The notes under the pieces were generated by a model. The model made no database searches. It saw only the letters and a list, made by a program, of their open reading frames with translations, and had not been told where the DNA came from. Made by a program: the position numbers and the translations under genes. From the human T2T-CHM13v2.0 reference genome, Homo sapiens, in NCBI RefSeq assembly GCF_009914755.1, contig NC_060928.1: a stretch of DNA of 64,000 bases; one strand, given 5' to 3'. This document shows positions 27,222 through 42,700 of this stretch, piece by piece; position 1 is the first letter of the stretch, and each line of letters starts with the position of its first letter.

Positions 27222-27527
27222 CTTTTTTAAATAAACTTTAATTTTAGAATAGTTTTTTTTATTTACAGAAAAATTGATAAGTTCATGCAGAGTTCCCAGA
27301 TACCCTTCACTTAGTCTTCCCCATTGTTAACATGTTACATTATTATGGTACACTTGTTATAGTTAATGAAAACATATTGACACATAATTGTTAACTAAGG
27401 TACCTAGTTTATTCTAATTAATTTAGTTTGTATCTTTTTTTTATTTTAGAATCCTATCTTGGATACCACATTACTTTTAGTAGTGATGTTTCCTTGGGAT
27501 CCTCTTGGCTGTGACGATTACTCAGAC
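27222..27527 (-). mobile_element. L1MB/MC-type 3' end
   Basis: ttttagaatagttt...tttacagaaaaattg...agagttccca...ggataccacattac. Confidence 0.75.
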
Positions 27528-27897
27528 TATATTAGTCTGATTTCATACTACTATAAAGAACTGCCTGAGACTGGGTAATTTATAAAGGAAAGAGGTTTGA
27601 TTGACTCTTAGTTCATCATGGCTCCAGAGGTCTCAGGAAACTTACAATCATGACAGAATGTGATGGGAAACCAAGGCACCTTCTTCACCAGGCAACAGGA
27701 AGGAGAAGTACCCAGTGAGGGAGGAAGAGCCCCTTATAAAACCATCAGATCTCATGAGAACTCACTCACTATCACAAGAACAGCAAAGGGGAAACCACTC
27801 TTGTGACTCAATTACCTCCACTTGGTTTCTCCCTTGGATTATGGGGATTATAATTCAAGATGAGATTTGGGTGGGGACACAAAGCCTAACCATGTCA
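27528..27897 (-). mobile_element. THE1C/D-like solo LTR
   Basis: tatattagtctg...gagccccttataaaaccatcagatctcatgagaactcac...ggggacacaaagcctaaccatgtca. Confidence 0.9.
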
Positions 27898-29778
27898 AAA
27901 AGCTTCCTTATTTTTGACATTTCTTGTTTCCTTGTTTTGGACCAGGACTTCTCAAAAACTGTAAGAAAGACAGTGATGACTTCTAAGCTCTTCAAATATC
28001 AGAACTGAAATGGGAAGTCTAGATGATATTTTCAATTTTTCACTAGTTAATGCCTTCAATGACACTTCTCTGTATATGCTTGAAAAAAACAAATTATGAT
28101 TAGCCACATTGTCTTAGCAGTAATTTTTTAATTGAATAGTTAATGAGCAAAGCTGAAAATTTCCCAAGGGCCTTCAAAACATGTAACAGCAGGTGAATTT
28201 GTTTTTAATTTTTTAAAAAATTTGTTTTTAACATAAGGTTAAGTCAACTGTGATGCTTACCATATGCTTGTGTAGGAACATGTTCATGCATCTGTTAGTT
28301 CATTCAGTGATTAGGAATATGTTGTGAGAAATGTGGATTTGCAACTTCTGTGATTGCCAGCATCTACCACAACCTTAGTTCTAAAGAGATGGTCATGAAC
28401 CAGGAACAATGAAAAGTCACTTTAGGAAATAAATAAATAAATAAATAAATGATAAAAATTCTCTCCTGAAGCAGAGAATAAAATCCTACTAAAATAAGGT
28501 TTCTTTTCAACTGAACTAAATCTGAGAATAAAAAGCTTTATAAAAATTGAAGTATATTTCCTGGGTAAAAAGACCTAAAAATTTAATAAACACAAGTTGA
28601 AGAAATAGATTAAAAATATGTTAAATTAATATAATCCCTGGTAAACCAAAATAATAGAGAAGCCAAACTTTTAGGTGCCAACAATCCTTTCTATGTGGAA
28701 CATGATTAATTACATTTCTAGAACAATGGGAACCAATGCATATCAAAATAATGTTAATATTTATTAATATAATAATTTGTCACCAAATATTTGTTTAGCA
28801 CCTACCACATACTAAATACCATTAGAGAATAAATGAAGAATGATACAGATCTTTCTCTGAAGGTATTGATGCTCCCAATGCCATAGAACAGATACATCTG
28901 AGGTTGATCTAATACAGCACTGAGTCTGACAACTATATTAAAAGTCGAGGAAATGAAAGACCAGAGAGTGAGATGATTTGACTAAATTCATATAAATTGA
29001 ATCTCAGGATCTCCAAATGCTAGTCCTTTGCTATAGTTAGAAGAACAAAAAGAACATGCATTAAAAGAAAAGATAACAAAAAATTGTGATACAAAGGATA
29101 GCGTTTAGTTCCATCAGAAAGTGCTAATAAAATATTTGTGAATAAAAATATTTTATGGATAATAAATCAAATGCCACATCTATATTATTTTGAACTTACC
29201 ACTTCAGTATTCAAAGTGATATAATAGAGTTTTATTGTTATTGGGGATAATAAAGTTCAAGGATCTCACCAGGACTTGAAAATATATTCAGATTATCTGT
29301 TTGTTTAAAGTAATGAGTCAGCTTGGTTTACCATATAAGCTTCCCTCTTGAAAAAAATCCTGACTTTTATCTCAATAGCTTTCTCCCCACACATAGCTTA
29401 TGTCAAAATATTTCACATGTAATCATAAAATCTTGGCTAAGCATCTCATACCTGTCTTCAGTGTTTCTGTTCCAAATAAGCACCAGTAACACTTATCAAA
29501 TATTGAGTAAACAATATGCTAGAAAAATCTCAACACCTTTGGTAATCATCTGTTTCAAATAATATGGTCCCAAAATAGCAGTTAGTAGAATGTGTGTAAT
29601 TTTACAACTAGTGTTTTTGGCAATACTACTAAAAATAACATTTGGTGATGAAGTCATTTCTGGCAGTATGTGTGTGTGTTTTTTAATTATCAAAGACAAT
29701 ACATTTGTTACCTTCGCACTGGTATTTGAAGAAATTCTCATAAAGTATAAATGGAGATGAAAAATATGCTAGACTATT

Positions 29779-30298
29779 TGTAGTAGGCAGATTTTTATAT
29801 AGCTCCTAATAGTTCTCTTCCTGGTATTAATAGTCTTGTTATTGTGGACTGGACCTAGTGACCTGCTTCTAATAAAGAGTATATGGCAAATGTGACATGA
29901 TGTCACCTCCAGAATTAGGTTACAAACGACTGTGGCATCCACTTGCTACCTTGCTCTGTCTGGTGGTACTCTCTTCCTCTCTCGCTTGCGTACTCTGATG
30001 AAGCAAGGTGTCATGTTGCAAATTGACCTATAGAAAAGCTCATGTGTCAAAGAACTAAAAAAAGCCTCCTATGTGTAGTTTGTGAGGAACTGAGGTCTGA
30101 TTCAGAAATATGAGAGGAGCTGAATCATGCCAAACATTAGCTGAGTAAGCTTGGAAGTGGAACCAATCAGAACTTGTGATGACTGCAGCTAAGCTATGAG
30201 TCAGAAATTCTTGACTCACAGAAACTGTGAGGTAATAAATGCATGTTGTTTTATGACTACAACATTTGGAGTAATTTATTTCACAAAAATGAATACAT
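29779..30298 (+). mobile_element. MLT1F-type MaLR LTR
   Basis: tgtagtaggcag...ggacctagtgacctgcttctaa...cacagaaactgtgaggtaataaatg...aataca. Confidence 0.8.
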
Positions 30299-30512
30299 AA
30301 TTCATTGTTCTAATGAAAAATGCATGTCATTGACAATGTTCATCATGATGTACCATGATAAAACTTTTTCTCCCAATTGTTACTACCACAGAGTAAATTG
30401 TATTGCCCCGTGTCACCATTTTAAGACTCAGGAAAGATACAAAGGCAGAAAAAAAACTGAGTTTACCAATACCTTTCTTCCAAGGGGTATTTTTATTTAA
30501 AAGAATAAGCTG

Positions 30513-30972
30513 CATAAATGTCTTCTTTTGAGAAGTGTCTGTTCATGTCCTTCGCCCACTTTTTGATGGGGTTGTTTGTTTTTTCATGGAATACTATGCA
30601 GCCATAAAAAATGATGAGTTCATGTCCTTTGTAGGGACATGGATGAAATTGGAAATTATCATTCTCAGTAAACTATCGCAAGAACAAAAAACCAAACACC
30701 GCATATTCTCACTCATAGGTGGGAATTGAACAATGAGAACACATGGACACAGGAAGGGGAACATCACACTCTGGGGACTGTTGTGGGGTGGGGGGAGGTG
30801 GGAGTGATAGCATTGGGAGATATACCTAATGCTAGATGACGAGTTAGTGGGTGCAGCGCACCAGCATGGCACATGTATACATATGTAACTAACCTGCACA
30901 ATGTGCACATGTACCCTAAAACTTAAAGTATAATAATAAAAAAAATAAAAAATAAATTTAATACAAAAAAAA
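30513..30972 (+). mobile_element. L1PA2-like 5'-truncated insertion with 5' inversion (30513-30584 antisense; 30585-30972 sense)
   Basis: Near-consensus young L1 3'UTR (gctagatgacGAGttagtgggtgcagcgcaccagc). TSD aaaagaataagctg (30499-30512) / aaaagaacaagctg (30973-30986) at a TT/AAAA site. Confidence 0.95.
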
Positions 30973-32060
30973 AAAAGAACAAGCTGATGGGGAATACAAT
31001 TGAAGTTCAACAAATGTCATTGAAATCAAATCAAATTGGAACCCACTCATACTTCCTTCCAAGAACTAGCCTCCCAGCCCTGATTGTGAGGCATAAACGT
31101 ACCCTGAATTTTTACTAGAGGGTAAAATGATTCTTGGAAGATGGCACAAAGGTTCTCTTAACTAGCACAATGGCCATCTGCAAGTTATTGCAAGGTTTGG
31201 AATTCTCATCTCAGTGGAAAATTAATTATAAGAATATCTCAGCTTTTAAGGGATTTTAAATGATCTAAAAACGCTCTCGGTACTTTAATGTATAATTCTT
31301 TTATATTAAAAGCAGAAAAGATATGAGAAATAAACTTTATGAAGCATACAGCACATCAATAACTATGTATTTGAAGTTCTTATGCTTCCTTTTTTTAATG
31401 TATGCTCTGAATAAGATTAATTTTCTCATAAAAAGCATTTGCGATCTAGCTGAAAACACTTAATAGATATTTGTGTTATTTCTTTAGAATGAATGCTGAC
31501 TGCTTTTCTTTCTTGCTTGTTTAGCATAACTCTTTTTTGTTAAAAATTTATTTGAAAGTCATTTTCATAACTGTAACACAAATATTTTAAAGCATAAGAA
31601 AATGTTTTGTTTTCTAATATAAATAGTGAAACTGTTTTAATCAGTGGTAGTATTCCATTCAAAAATTTCGAATAAGCTCTAGAGCCCAAAGGATCATTGT
31701 GAGGTATTTACAGTTAATAAAGATTTGGTAAAAATGTGTTTATTTTAGATGTCGCAAAACTGCAGCATTATATGAAGCATTACAGAGTTCACGAAGAGTA
31801 GATCAAACTGTCATTCAAAAAGTAGATCAAAATGTTCAAAAACATTATCAACTATGAAATTTCACCTTGGGCCATCTGGACCTCAGTTTTCCCATTCATT
31901 AAAATGGGGAAACATGGTACCTGATGTGTTCCAGGAAATCTTAATAAAATGCTTTACATCAATATCTTATATAAGATGATCACAAAACTTCTAATAACTT
32001 AAGACAATTTTAAATTTTGTATTAATCTCAAACACCTAGTTCTTTAAAATTTTAAACATA

Positions 32061-32383
<323 letters not shown>

Positions 32384-32820
32384 TTATATAAAAAGTTGAG
32401 TGAATTCAACAAATCAGAAAAAATTACAATACATTTATAATACATTTTTCATTCATTGTTTTATTTAGTGGTTTCAGAAGCCTTGTATTCTCTTTACAAG
32501 AAGAGACTATTATGAGGTTCAGATAGTTTATGTAATTTGATCAGTTACCTAGGATAGTAAAGAAAAATTATGACTATAACCCACATCAGCAACTAAATTT
32601 CCAGTATTTTTCTTATTTTACAATCACTTCCAAATTATCAGAAGCACTCAAAGAATGAAATGTTTGATATTCATTGCATTTCAAATGTCTTCATATTGAC
32701 CTTTTGAAGTATGTTCACACTTAAACCTCGATTCTAAAATTTGTAACATTATGTCATTTCATTGCCCAAACTTATATCACAGAAAGAAAAAATTTGGAAA
32801 AAAATACTTACAGATCTAAA

Positions 32821-32983
32821 TATATATATGTGTGTGTATATATATATATATATATACACATATATATACACATATATACACACATATATATACACATATA
32901 TATACACATATATACACATATATATACACATATATACACATATATATACACACACATATATATATATTTATATATATATATAT
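32821..32983. repeat. (TA)n/(TATATACACA)n microsatellite
   Basis: Directly visible. Confidence 0.95.
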
Positions 32984-33281
32984 TTTTTTTTCAGACGGAG
33001 TTTTGCTCTGTCACCCAGGCTAGAGTGCAGTGGCACAATCTCGGCTCACTGAAACCCTGCAACCTCTGCCTCCCAGGTTCAAGCAATTCTCCTACCTCAG
33101 CTTCCCAAGTAGCTGGGACTACAGGTGGATACAACCAAGCCCTGCTAATTTTTGTGTTTTTAGTAGAGACGAGGTTTCACCATGTTGGCCAGGCTGGTTG
33201 ACAACTCCTGACCTCAGGTGATCCACCTGCCTCGGCCTCCCAAAATGCTGGGATTACAGGCATGTGCCACAGTATCTGGCC
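32984..33281 (-). mobile_element. AluS (Sx-like)
   Basis: Full dimer. TSD ctaaatat at 32816-32823 and 33282-33289. Confidence 0.92.
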
Positions 33282-34337
33282 CTAAATATTTTTTTAAAAA
33301 TAATTGTAATATCTGTTTTCCTTTCTCTGGTAGTATAACATTTAATGATCTAGTGGAAAAAGGAGCAGTATATCACAACAGGGAATAATTGGATAATTGC
33401 ACATATATATATGCATAGACACACAGACACAAACTCACACATGCACATACAGCATGTTTGTTCTGACTATATTAGATATATTTCACCCACCACTTTTCAT
33501 TTTTTTAAAGTGAATAAAACGTTTGCCTATAAAAATAGAGCTAGGAAATTTAAAGCTAATACAGAATGTTGCAGCTATGTCGATTTTACACTTGCCATAG
33601 TTGAAAATTGATTGACTCTGAAAATAAAGTAGTAAAAACTGCCATTGTGTGAAATTTCAAGTTATACAGATACGTAGATACTGTTAAAACTATATATTAT
33701 AATATGATATATTAGTTAGCTGTGATGCTGTCTCTATGAGAACATTTTAAATTTATTAGGAATCCTAGATTTTTGTATTATCAATCATAAATGACAGAAA
33801 ATATTTATTATTTAAGTAATTTTAATAGCTATATTGGGAAAAATAAAATCTGTCATTAGTTTGTCAGAAGTACATTATTGGGCTCTGTACATTTCATAAT
33901 TGCTTTAGTAATCATATTGTCTTATAAAAAAATAACAATATCAATAAATGTCGGTACTGAGTAGAACACAAGAAATTATCACATATCTGTTTTACAATTT
34001 CTTTTCAAAGAGAAAAATTACACTAAATTATAACCTGTATGAAATATCCCATTCCAGTTTGAGGAAAGCTTTTAAAAGCATTCATAAATACTCCTAAAAG
34101 AAAGATTTTCTTAGCAGCAACTCAGATCTATTGCTATCATATTACTATATATATGTATACTCTGAATTTAAAATATGAGTGTGAATATCTACTGATTTAA
34201 ACATTGTAAATGAACTGTGCTATTAAATAATGCCTACAAATTTAGCTTTCTACCTTTAGTTGCATTCTTTCTTTTGTAGCAGATTTATTTACTTGAAAAT
34301 AACCATTTATCTTATTTCATATGTATGGGCTCACAAT

Positions 34338-34852
34338 TGTAGTAGACATCTGTTACCTTTTGCTAACCACAGTGCTGGACATAAGTTTTATTTTGTCTGC
34401 TCGGCACACATTCACCTATTTACTCTATTGGGAATATTCCCAATTTCTTTTCCAGAACTACCATACCTCTAGTCCACCTGGTTCAAGGATAGGCAGGTGG
34501 CCCATTTCTGAACAAGAAGATGTAATTTAAAAATATTTTCTAAAATTTGGGGAAAGAGAAATGTTTCTATGTTTCCACTTGAAGTTACTGATCTAATAGG
34601 ACAAAGTTTTGGATATAGAAAGATCATCTTGCCAACTTGATATAGAGGAAGCTTCTCTGCCTTGTCTAGATTTAAACCATTATAGGAAAAAATAGGAGTA
34701 ATATTTGACAAAACACAGAATCCTGAGGAGAAATCTGAGACTCTGGAACTTATCATTCCTGAAGCTATAATTCGCACTTTTACTTGCAAAGGACCTATCA
34801 ATTTGCAGTTTGAGTTTAGTTTTTATCACCACAAAGGATGCTAAATAGTTCA
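34338..34852 (+). mobile_element. Old MaLR LTR (MLT1K/L-like)
   Basis: Starts tgtagtagacatctgtt. Ends gtttgagtttagtttttatcaccacaaaggatgctaaatagttca. Highly diverged. Confidence 0.5.
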
Positions 34853-35619
34853 GAAATATTACTTACAAAACATCTTTTAAAAGGAAACAGTTTATAAAAA
34901 GAAAAAAATCCAAGCTCTCTTCAATATGAATTCTTTAGACAGAAACTGGATCAAACAAGTCATTATGTATTATAAGCTTTCTAATTCTATGCTATGATAG
35001 ATACAAGTGAACTCGGTTTTTCAATTTGTAGATCACAGTGTGGTTATATTTTTAACCACAATACCTTTGAAAATCTAATTGGCTTCAATTAAGATAAGTT
35101 AATATAAATCATTTCCACCATTTAGATGAAAACAGAAAAACTGACAAGTTTCTTCAATCATAACGTATAAAAACCATCCATAAAACACATCAGGCCCAGC
35201 TGTTTCTAGTCATCTGATTTGCGTTTTGTTTCACTTTTTCATAGGAATATTAATGCGGTGATGAAAAAAACCCAGGTCATGCAATCAGAAGGCTTAAAGG
35301 CAAATCTTACAAACACTGTTAATTTGAACAACTCTCTCTTCACACTTAGAAATCTGTTTCTTTCTGTATTCTGACAATATTTAACATCTAGAGTGGTGGC
35401 TATGACTGATGAGACCATGCTTGGGAGAATATTTTGGGAATTCTTAAATGCTATACAAATACTGCAGATGTGTATGTGTGTGTGTGTGTGTATATATATG
35501 TACATATAAATGTATTCTATGTGCTATGTTTATGTTAATGTACACAGTTAGAGTCCACACAACCTGAGAAACTTTTGTGTAATAAAATACTGTGTGAGGT
35601 ACTTCCATTTCTTGGAATC

Positions 35620-35830
35620 AAGACCCCTGTCTACAACAAGACATACTAACTTTAGGTCAAGTATCTGCTACTGTCCAGCTATGTGCCCTTAGGCAAGTCT
35701 ATTTGACTTATCGGTGACTTAGTTTCCTTATTTATAAATAATAATTATTATTAATTTGGCTAATACACACAAAGAGCTTACAACAGTAAGACCTACAGCC
35801 AGCACATGATAGGCATTCTACTACTATTAG
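35620..35830 (+). mobile_element. MIR
   Basis: agctatgtgcccttaggcaagtctatttgac...ttagtttccttatttataaa. Confidence 0.7.
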
Positions 35831-36645
35831 CTTTTAGTTTGAACAGTCATTAGGTAATTCTATTTTGTGGCTTACTCAACCTGTGACTCAGGTTAAGTTC
35901 TCTCAGATAAGGTCCTGTTAGGTTTTTCCATTCTCGGTAACCTGAACAGCATTTGTATACTTCTTCTATTTCCCAGAATGCTGAAAAATGTCAGGCAGGA
36001 CACTGAGGAAGAGAGCCCAGAGAAAACAAGTTGTCACATTCTAGCCTCTGGAAACAATCAGGATTCCTGGAGAGGTGACAATTTCCCCTTTGGGTGTTAG
36101 CAATGGGCAACACATGTTATGTTTGCTTGTTTGTCAGTGAATCTTCTCTGGTGGATGATGAGATCATCAAGGCCATGGGTCATTTTAAATTTATAGGAAC
36201 AAGTCCAGAGAATTTTCAGCTACAGAAGAGAAATCAGAAGATAAAAGATGGGAGGCATGCAGGCATAAGAAGGAAAGGGACGCAGAAGGGGAAGTAGTAA
36301 TTGCACACAGTTGCATTAGTCTGCAAAGAAATGGACTTAGAGTGCAAAAAACAGACATGTTGCTGACGATGATAACTCTCCACAGGGATTAGGCAAAGAG
36401 TACATAAAATGACAATGATAATTCAAAGTTGTAGTAACTGTGAAATCAATAGTGTCAGTGGAAACAGTTGGTGTCAAGTAAAAAGGATCAACTGTTTTCT
36501 AATCTCTGGGGTCACTGGTGGTCTTGCTAACACTCAGATATTTTTGAAGCCATTGGAGTTTCCTCCCAGTGCTCTAGAAACCAACAGAGATATTTGAGAT
36601 AGTAAAAGATGAATGGAAATTGATTTATCTGAGGGATACTTCCTC

Positions 36646-38015
<1,370 letters not shown>

Positions 38016-38495
38016 ATAATATGTATTTCCCTATATCTATCTTCTATCTAAAATTCTTCTAAATATAGGTCAATATATGGTTAATATTTCACCCTATGCA
38101 CCAACGGATATATAGACTACAAAGAAGTTTTATGAATGCTGCCGAAAAGCCCATCAGACATAGAACAACCCGTAATTTTGATTACTCAACTTCAGCTACT
38201 CTTTTGCTCATACTTGTGCTTTATAACAATAATGATAGTAGCAACAACAAAATTATGCCAAACATAACTATATCTTACATAAATGAAAATTTCCAAAAGA
38301 TTTAGAGGATACATTGAAAACAACTTTAAAGTATTTAATCGGATGAAATGGAAGGAACAAGTTAACATATACACGAAGATGTGAACAATTGTAGGAGAAA
38401 CCAGTTTAAGGTGAAAGACTAGGAGTTCAATTTTGGACATGAGTTAACACATTACCCACTTATTAATGTAGTAGGAGACAGATCTTGTACAAATT

Positions 38496-38831
38496 CTCCC
38501 TCCCTCCCTCCCTCCCTTCCTTCCTTCTTTCCTTCCTTTTTTTTTTTTTTTCCCCAGATAGAGTCTTGCTTTGTCACCCAGGCTGGAGTACAGTGGCACA
38601 ATCTCGGCTCACTGCAACCACCTCCTGGGTTCAAGCAATTCTCCTGCTTCAGCCTCCAAGTAGATGACATTACAGGCATATGCCACCACACTTGGCTAAT
38701 TTTGTATACTTTTAGTAGAGACAGGGTTTCACCATGTTAGTCAAGATGGTCTCGAACTCCTGACCTTGTGATCTGCCTGCCTCAGCCTCCCAAAGTGCTG
38801 GGATTACAGGCGGGAGCCACTGTGCCTGGCC
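38496..38831 (-). mobile_element. AluS (Sg/Sc-like) with (TCCC/TTCC)n-T tail
   Basis: Full dimer with cctgaccttgtgatctgcc. Confidence 0.92.
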
Positions 38832-38982
38832 CACAAGGAAAATATATATTCTAAGTGAACAAAATAGTCTGATAAGTTTTGGATAAGACATAGTTCTTTC
38901 AAAAGAGTGTCTTGATGTGTTAGTTTCTTAATTGTAAATTAATCCTAGAACTATGGTTATAATTAACAATGAAAAGATTAAC

Positions 38983-39291
38983 AGAAGAAAAGAAGGGAGA
39001 GATGGTGGGAAGAGGAGGACAAAAGAGAAAGGGGGAGAGAAAGAAAGAAAAAAGTAAGAAAGAAGAAAGAAAGGAAAGAAAGAAAGAGAGAGAGGGAAAG
39101 AAGAAAGAGAGGGAAAGAAGAAAGAGAGGGAGGGAAAAAACAAAGAAAAAAGAAAGAAAGGAAGAAGGAAGGAAGAAAGGAAGGAAGGAGAGAGAGAGAG
39201 AAAGAAAGAAAAAAGAAAAAGAGAGAAAGAAAAAGAAGGAAGGAAGGAAGGGAGGAAGGGACGAAGGGAGGAAGGGAGGGGAAAGCAAGCA
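38983..39291. repeat. ~300-bp polypurine (GAAA/GGAA/GA) simple repeat
   Basis: Almost exclusively A/G on the + strand. Confidence 0.95.
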
Positions 39292-39645
<354 letters not shown>

Positions 39646-39701
39646 TTAGTAGCATAGAGAATGTGTTTTACAGATGAGTTTTTGTCACATATAATTTCAA
39701 A

Positions 39702-39984
39702 TTGAAACAGGGTCTCACTCCGTGGCTTAGGCTGGAGTGCAGTGGTGTAATCACAGCTCACTACAGCCTTGACCACCCTGGCTCAAGCAATCCTTCCACC
39801 TCAGCCTCCCAAGTAGCTAGGACTACAGGAACACTCCATCACATCCAACTAGTTTTTAAATTTTTTGTAAAGAAGGAGTCCCCCTGTGTTGCGCAGGCTG
39901 ATCTCAAACTCCTCAGCTCAGGCGATCATCCTGCCTCAGCCTCTCAAAGTGCTGGGATTATAAGCATGAGCCACTGCTCCAGCC
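39702..39984 (-). mobile_element. AluJ without poly(A) tail
   Basis: J-type cagccttgacc...ggctcaagcaatcc...ctcaaactcctcagctcaggcgatc. Confidence 0.9.
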
Positions 39985-40776
39985 TATCTGCACTTTTAGA
40001 TAAAAGATACATGCATTAGGTATTTTTGATTAACTGCTTTCTCTAAACATAAAAATTGGGTCTCAACATATTCTACTTTGTTTTGTTTTTTCTGGCTTTT
40101 CTTACTCTGTTCTTTCTGTATAAAACCTTATTATAAACCATATTTGCCTGGGAATCTACAACTTCACCTCTAGGAATGTCATCATTTTGGAACCATTTCC
40201 TGATCAACTCATTCCTCTGGATGTAGGCTAAGTTAGGTATCTTTTCTTTGTGCTCCTAAACAACATTTCTGCAACTTTGCAGTAGCATTTTCACATAACA
40301 TTGTCATTATTAACTTGGGATACCTGCCTCGTTAGATGCTAACCTCTTTGGGTACAAGGAACATAAGCTCATTTCTATCTTCAGCACCTCTTTCAGTTAA
40401 GTTTAACATTTTTTTTTTATCAAAGCCTACTAGCCTCCAGGTACAATACAAATGGAAACAAATTCTGTCCCCTAAAAGATTTTACAATCCAGTGGAAAAC
40501 ATTCAGTACAGTGCAAAAATTATAATAATAAAGATAGGCCATACCTATTGAGGTAATTGTTGAAGGAATAATAGAAAAATTAAGAATTTCTGATCAGGTT
40601 AATAGAATCAATGACAAAGTAAAAGCTTTTATAACTGTGCCTGGAGCAGTGACCTAAATTTCCCACTTGTTTTTTGTACTTTGACTCAAAGATAATAAAA
40701 AATTGTCATGGGCTTTTTTTAGTTTTTAAGGATGCCTAGTTTATTCAATAAGCATGCAGTTCTAAAACTCAAAACC

Positions 40777-41084
<308 letters not shown>

Positions 41085-41350
41085 CTAAAAACCAATCTAT
41101 TTGCTTGTCCTGTGAAAGAATACCCAAATATTCCTTTTAAATTTTCATAAATATAATCTTCATGCAAAGTATAATACTTTTTATGAAAAGCAAGTGATCC
41201 CACTATTTTTCTTTAAAGCATAAATTCATATATATATTCCCGATACCTTATAGAGTCTTCAAATTAATGCCAAACAATGCCTTACACATGAAATATAGCC
41301 ATTCTTTCTTACGATCAGCTCATCACATATATATTCTATAATACATATAA

Positions 41351-41564
<214 letters not shown>

Positions 41565-42129
41565 ATATAACAAATATGTTTTATATATTTGTTATTTAAA
41601 TGCATATACAGTGTTATTTATATTAAAATTATTTATATTATCTTATTTCTACAGGATTATTTTCTCACAGAAAACATTTTCCATTAGCAGCAAATGATAA
41701 CATGCTAGCCCCATTCTATTGTGCACGACTTCCGTTGTATTCTTGCTCAAAATTTTTAAATAACAATAGTCAGTAGAGAGTTAAAGAGTTGAAATTATTC
41801 ATTCTGTGGCACATAAATATATAGATTTAATTATACCAAATATATTGGCAATTTCTTATATACAAAACGGTCATATATTTAAAAATATAGTATCTAGTCC
41901 TTTTTAAAACAATTTGATTTCATTTTTAGAAAAGGAAGTGACTGTCATATTGGTTGAAGTTAGAAACATATTTAGCAGCCACACACTCGAGTAGCACAAA
42001 ATGGAAAAATAAATTAAAATTTTAAAATAACTACCATTTAGTTTGCTCATATTATACCCCAAGGATTTCAGCAACATGGGAGCTAGTATCATATAATGAC
42101 TTCTGTCTCCATCCCAGGCTTGATTTCCC

Positions 42130-42700
42130 TCCATGTTAATTGAGTGCCTTCTATGTTCCAAGTACTGTTCTAAGTGCTTGGAATATATCATGGAACAGAA
42201 GATACAAAAACTGCCACCCTGGTGGAACTTCCAGTTGGGAGAAATATGCCATGAATAGCAAACATAATGAGGAAACTGTATAGCGTACCTAAAGACGATA
42301 ATGTAAAGTCAAGTAGAAGACGAAAGCTAACCTGAGAGTGTTGGGAGGAGAGTAGGTTGCAGAATTAAATGGAGTAACAAGGTTTCAGCATGGGCTTATT
42401 GGAAAGCAGAAGCTTGAGCAAAGATTTGAAGGGCTAAAATGAGTTATTTAGAGGAAGAGAATTGCAGGCTTAGAAAATGTCTTATGTGTTCACAGGTAAA
42501 CCAGAAGGCCAGAATGGCTGCAGGAAAGGGAATGGGGGCAGCAAGGAGGAGATTAGAATACACAGGTCATGGGGAGCCATCTCACAGAGGGCTGTGAAGC
42601 CAGTGTGGGCACTTTGGATTTTATTCTGAGTAAAATAAAGAATAATTGGAGGGTTTTTGCCAGATAAATGATGCCATCTGGCGTATTTTACAGAAATACA
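42130..42700 (-). mobile_element. L2a 3' region
   Basis: attgagtgccttctatgttccaagtactgttctaagtgcttgg...tgagcaaagatttgaagg...tttggattttattctgagt. Confidence 0.8.
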
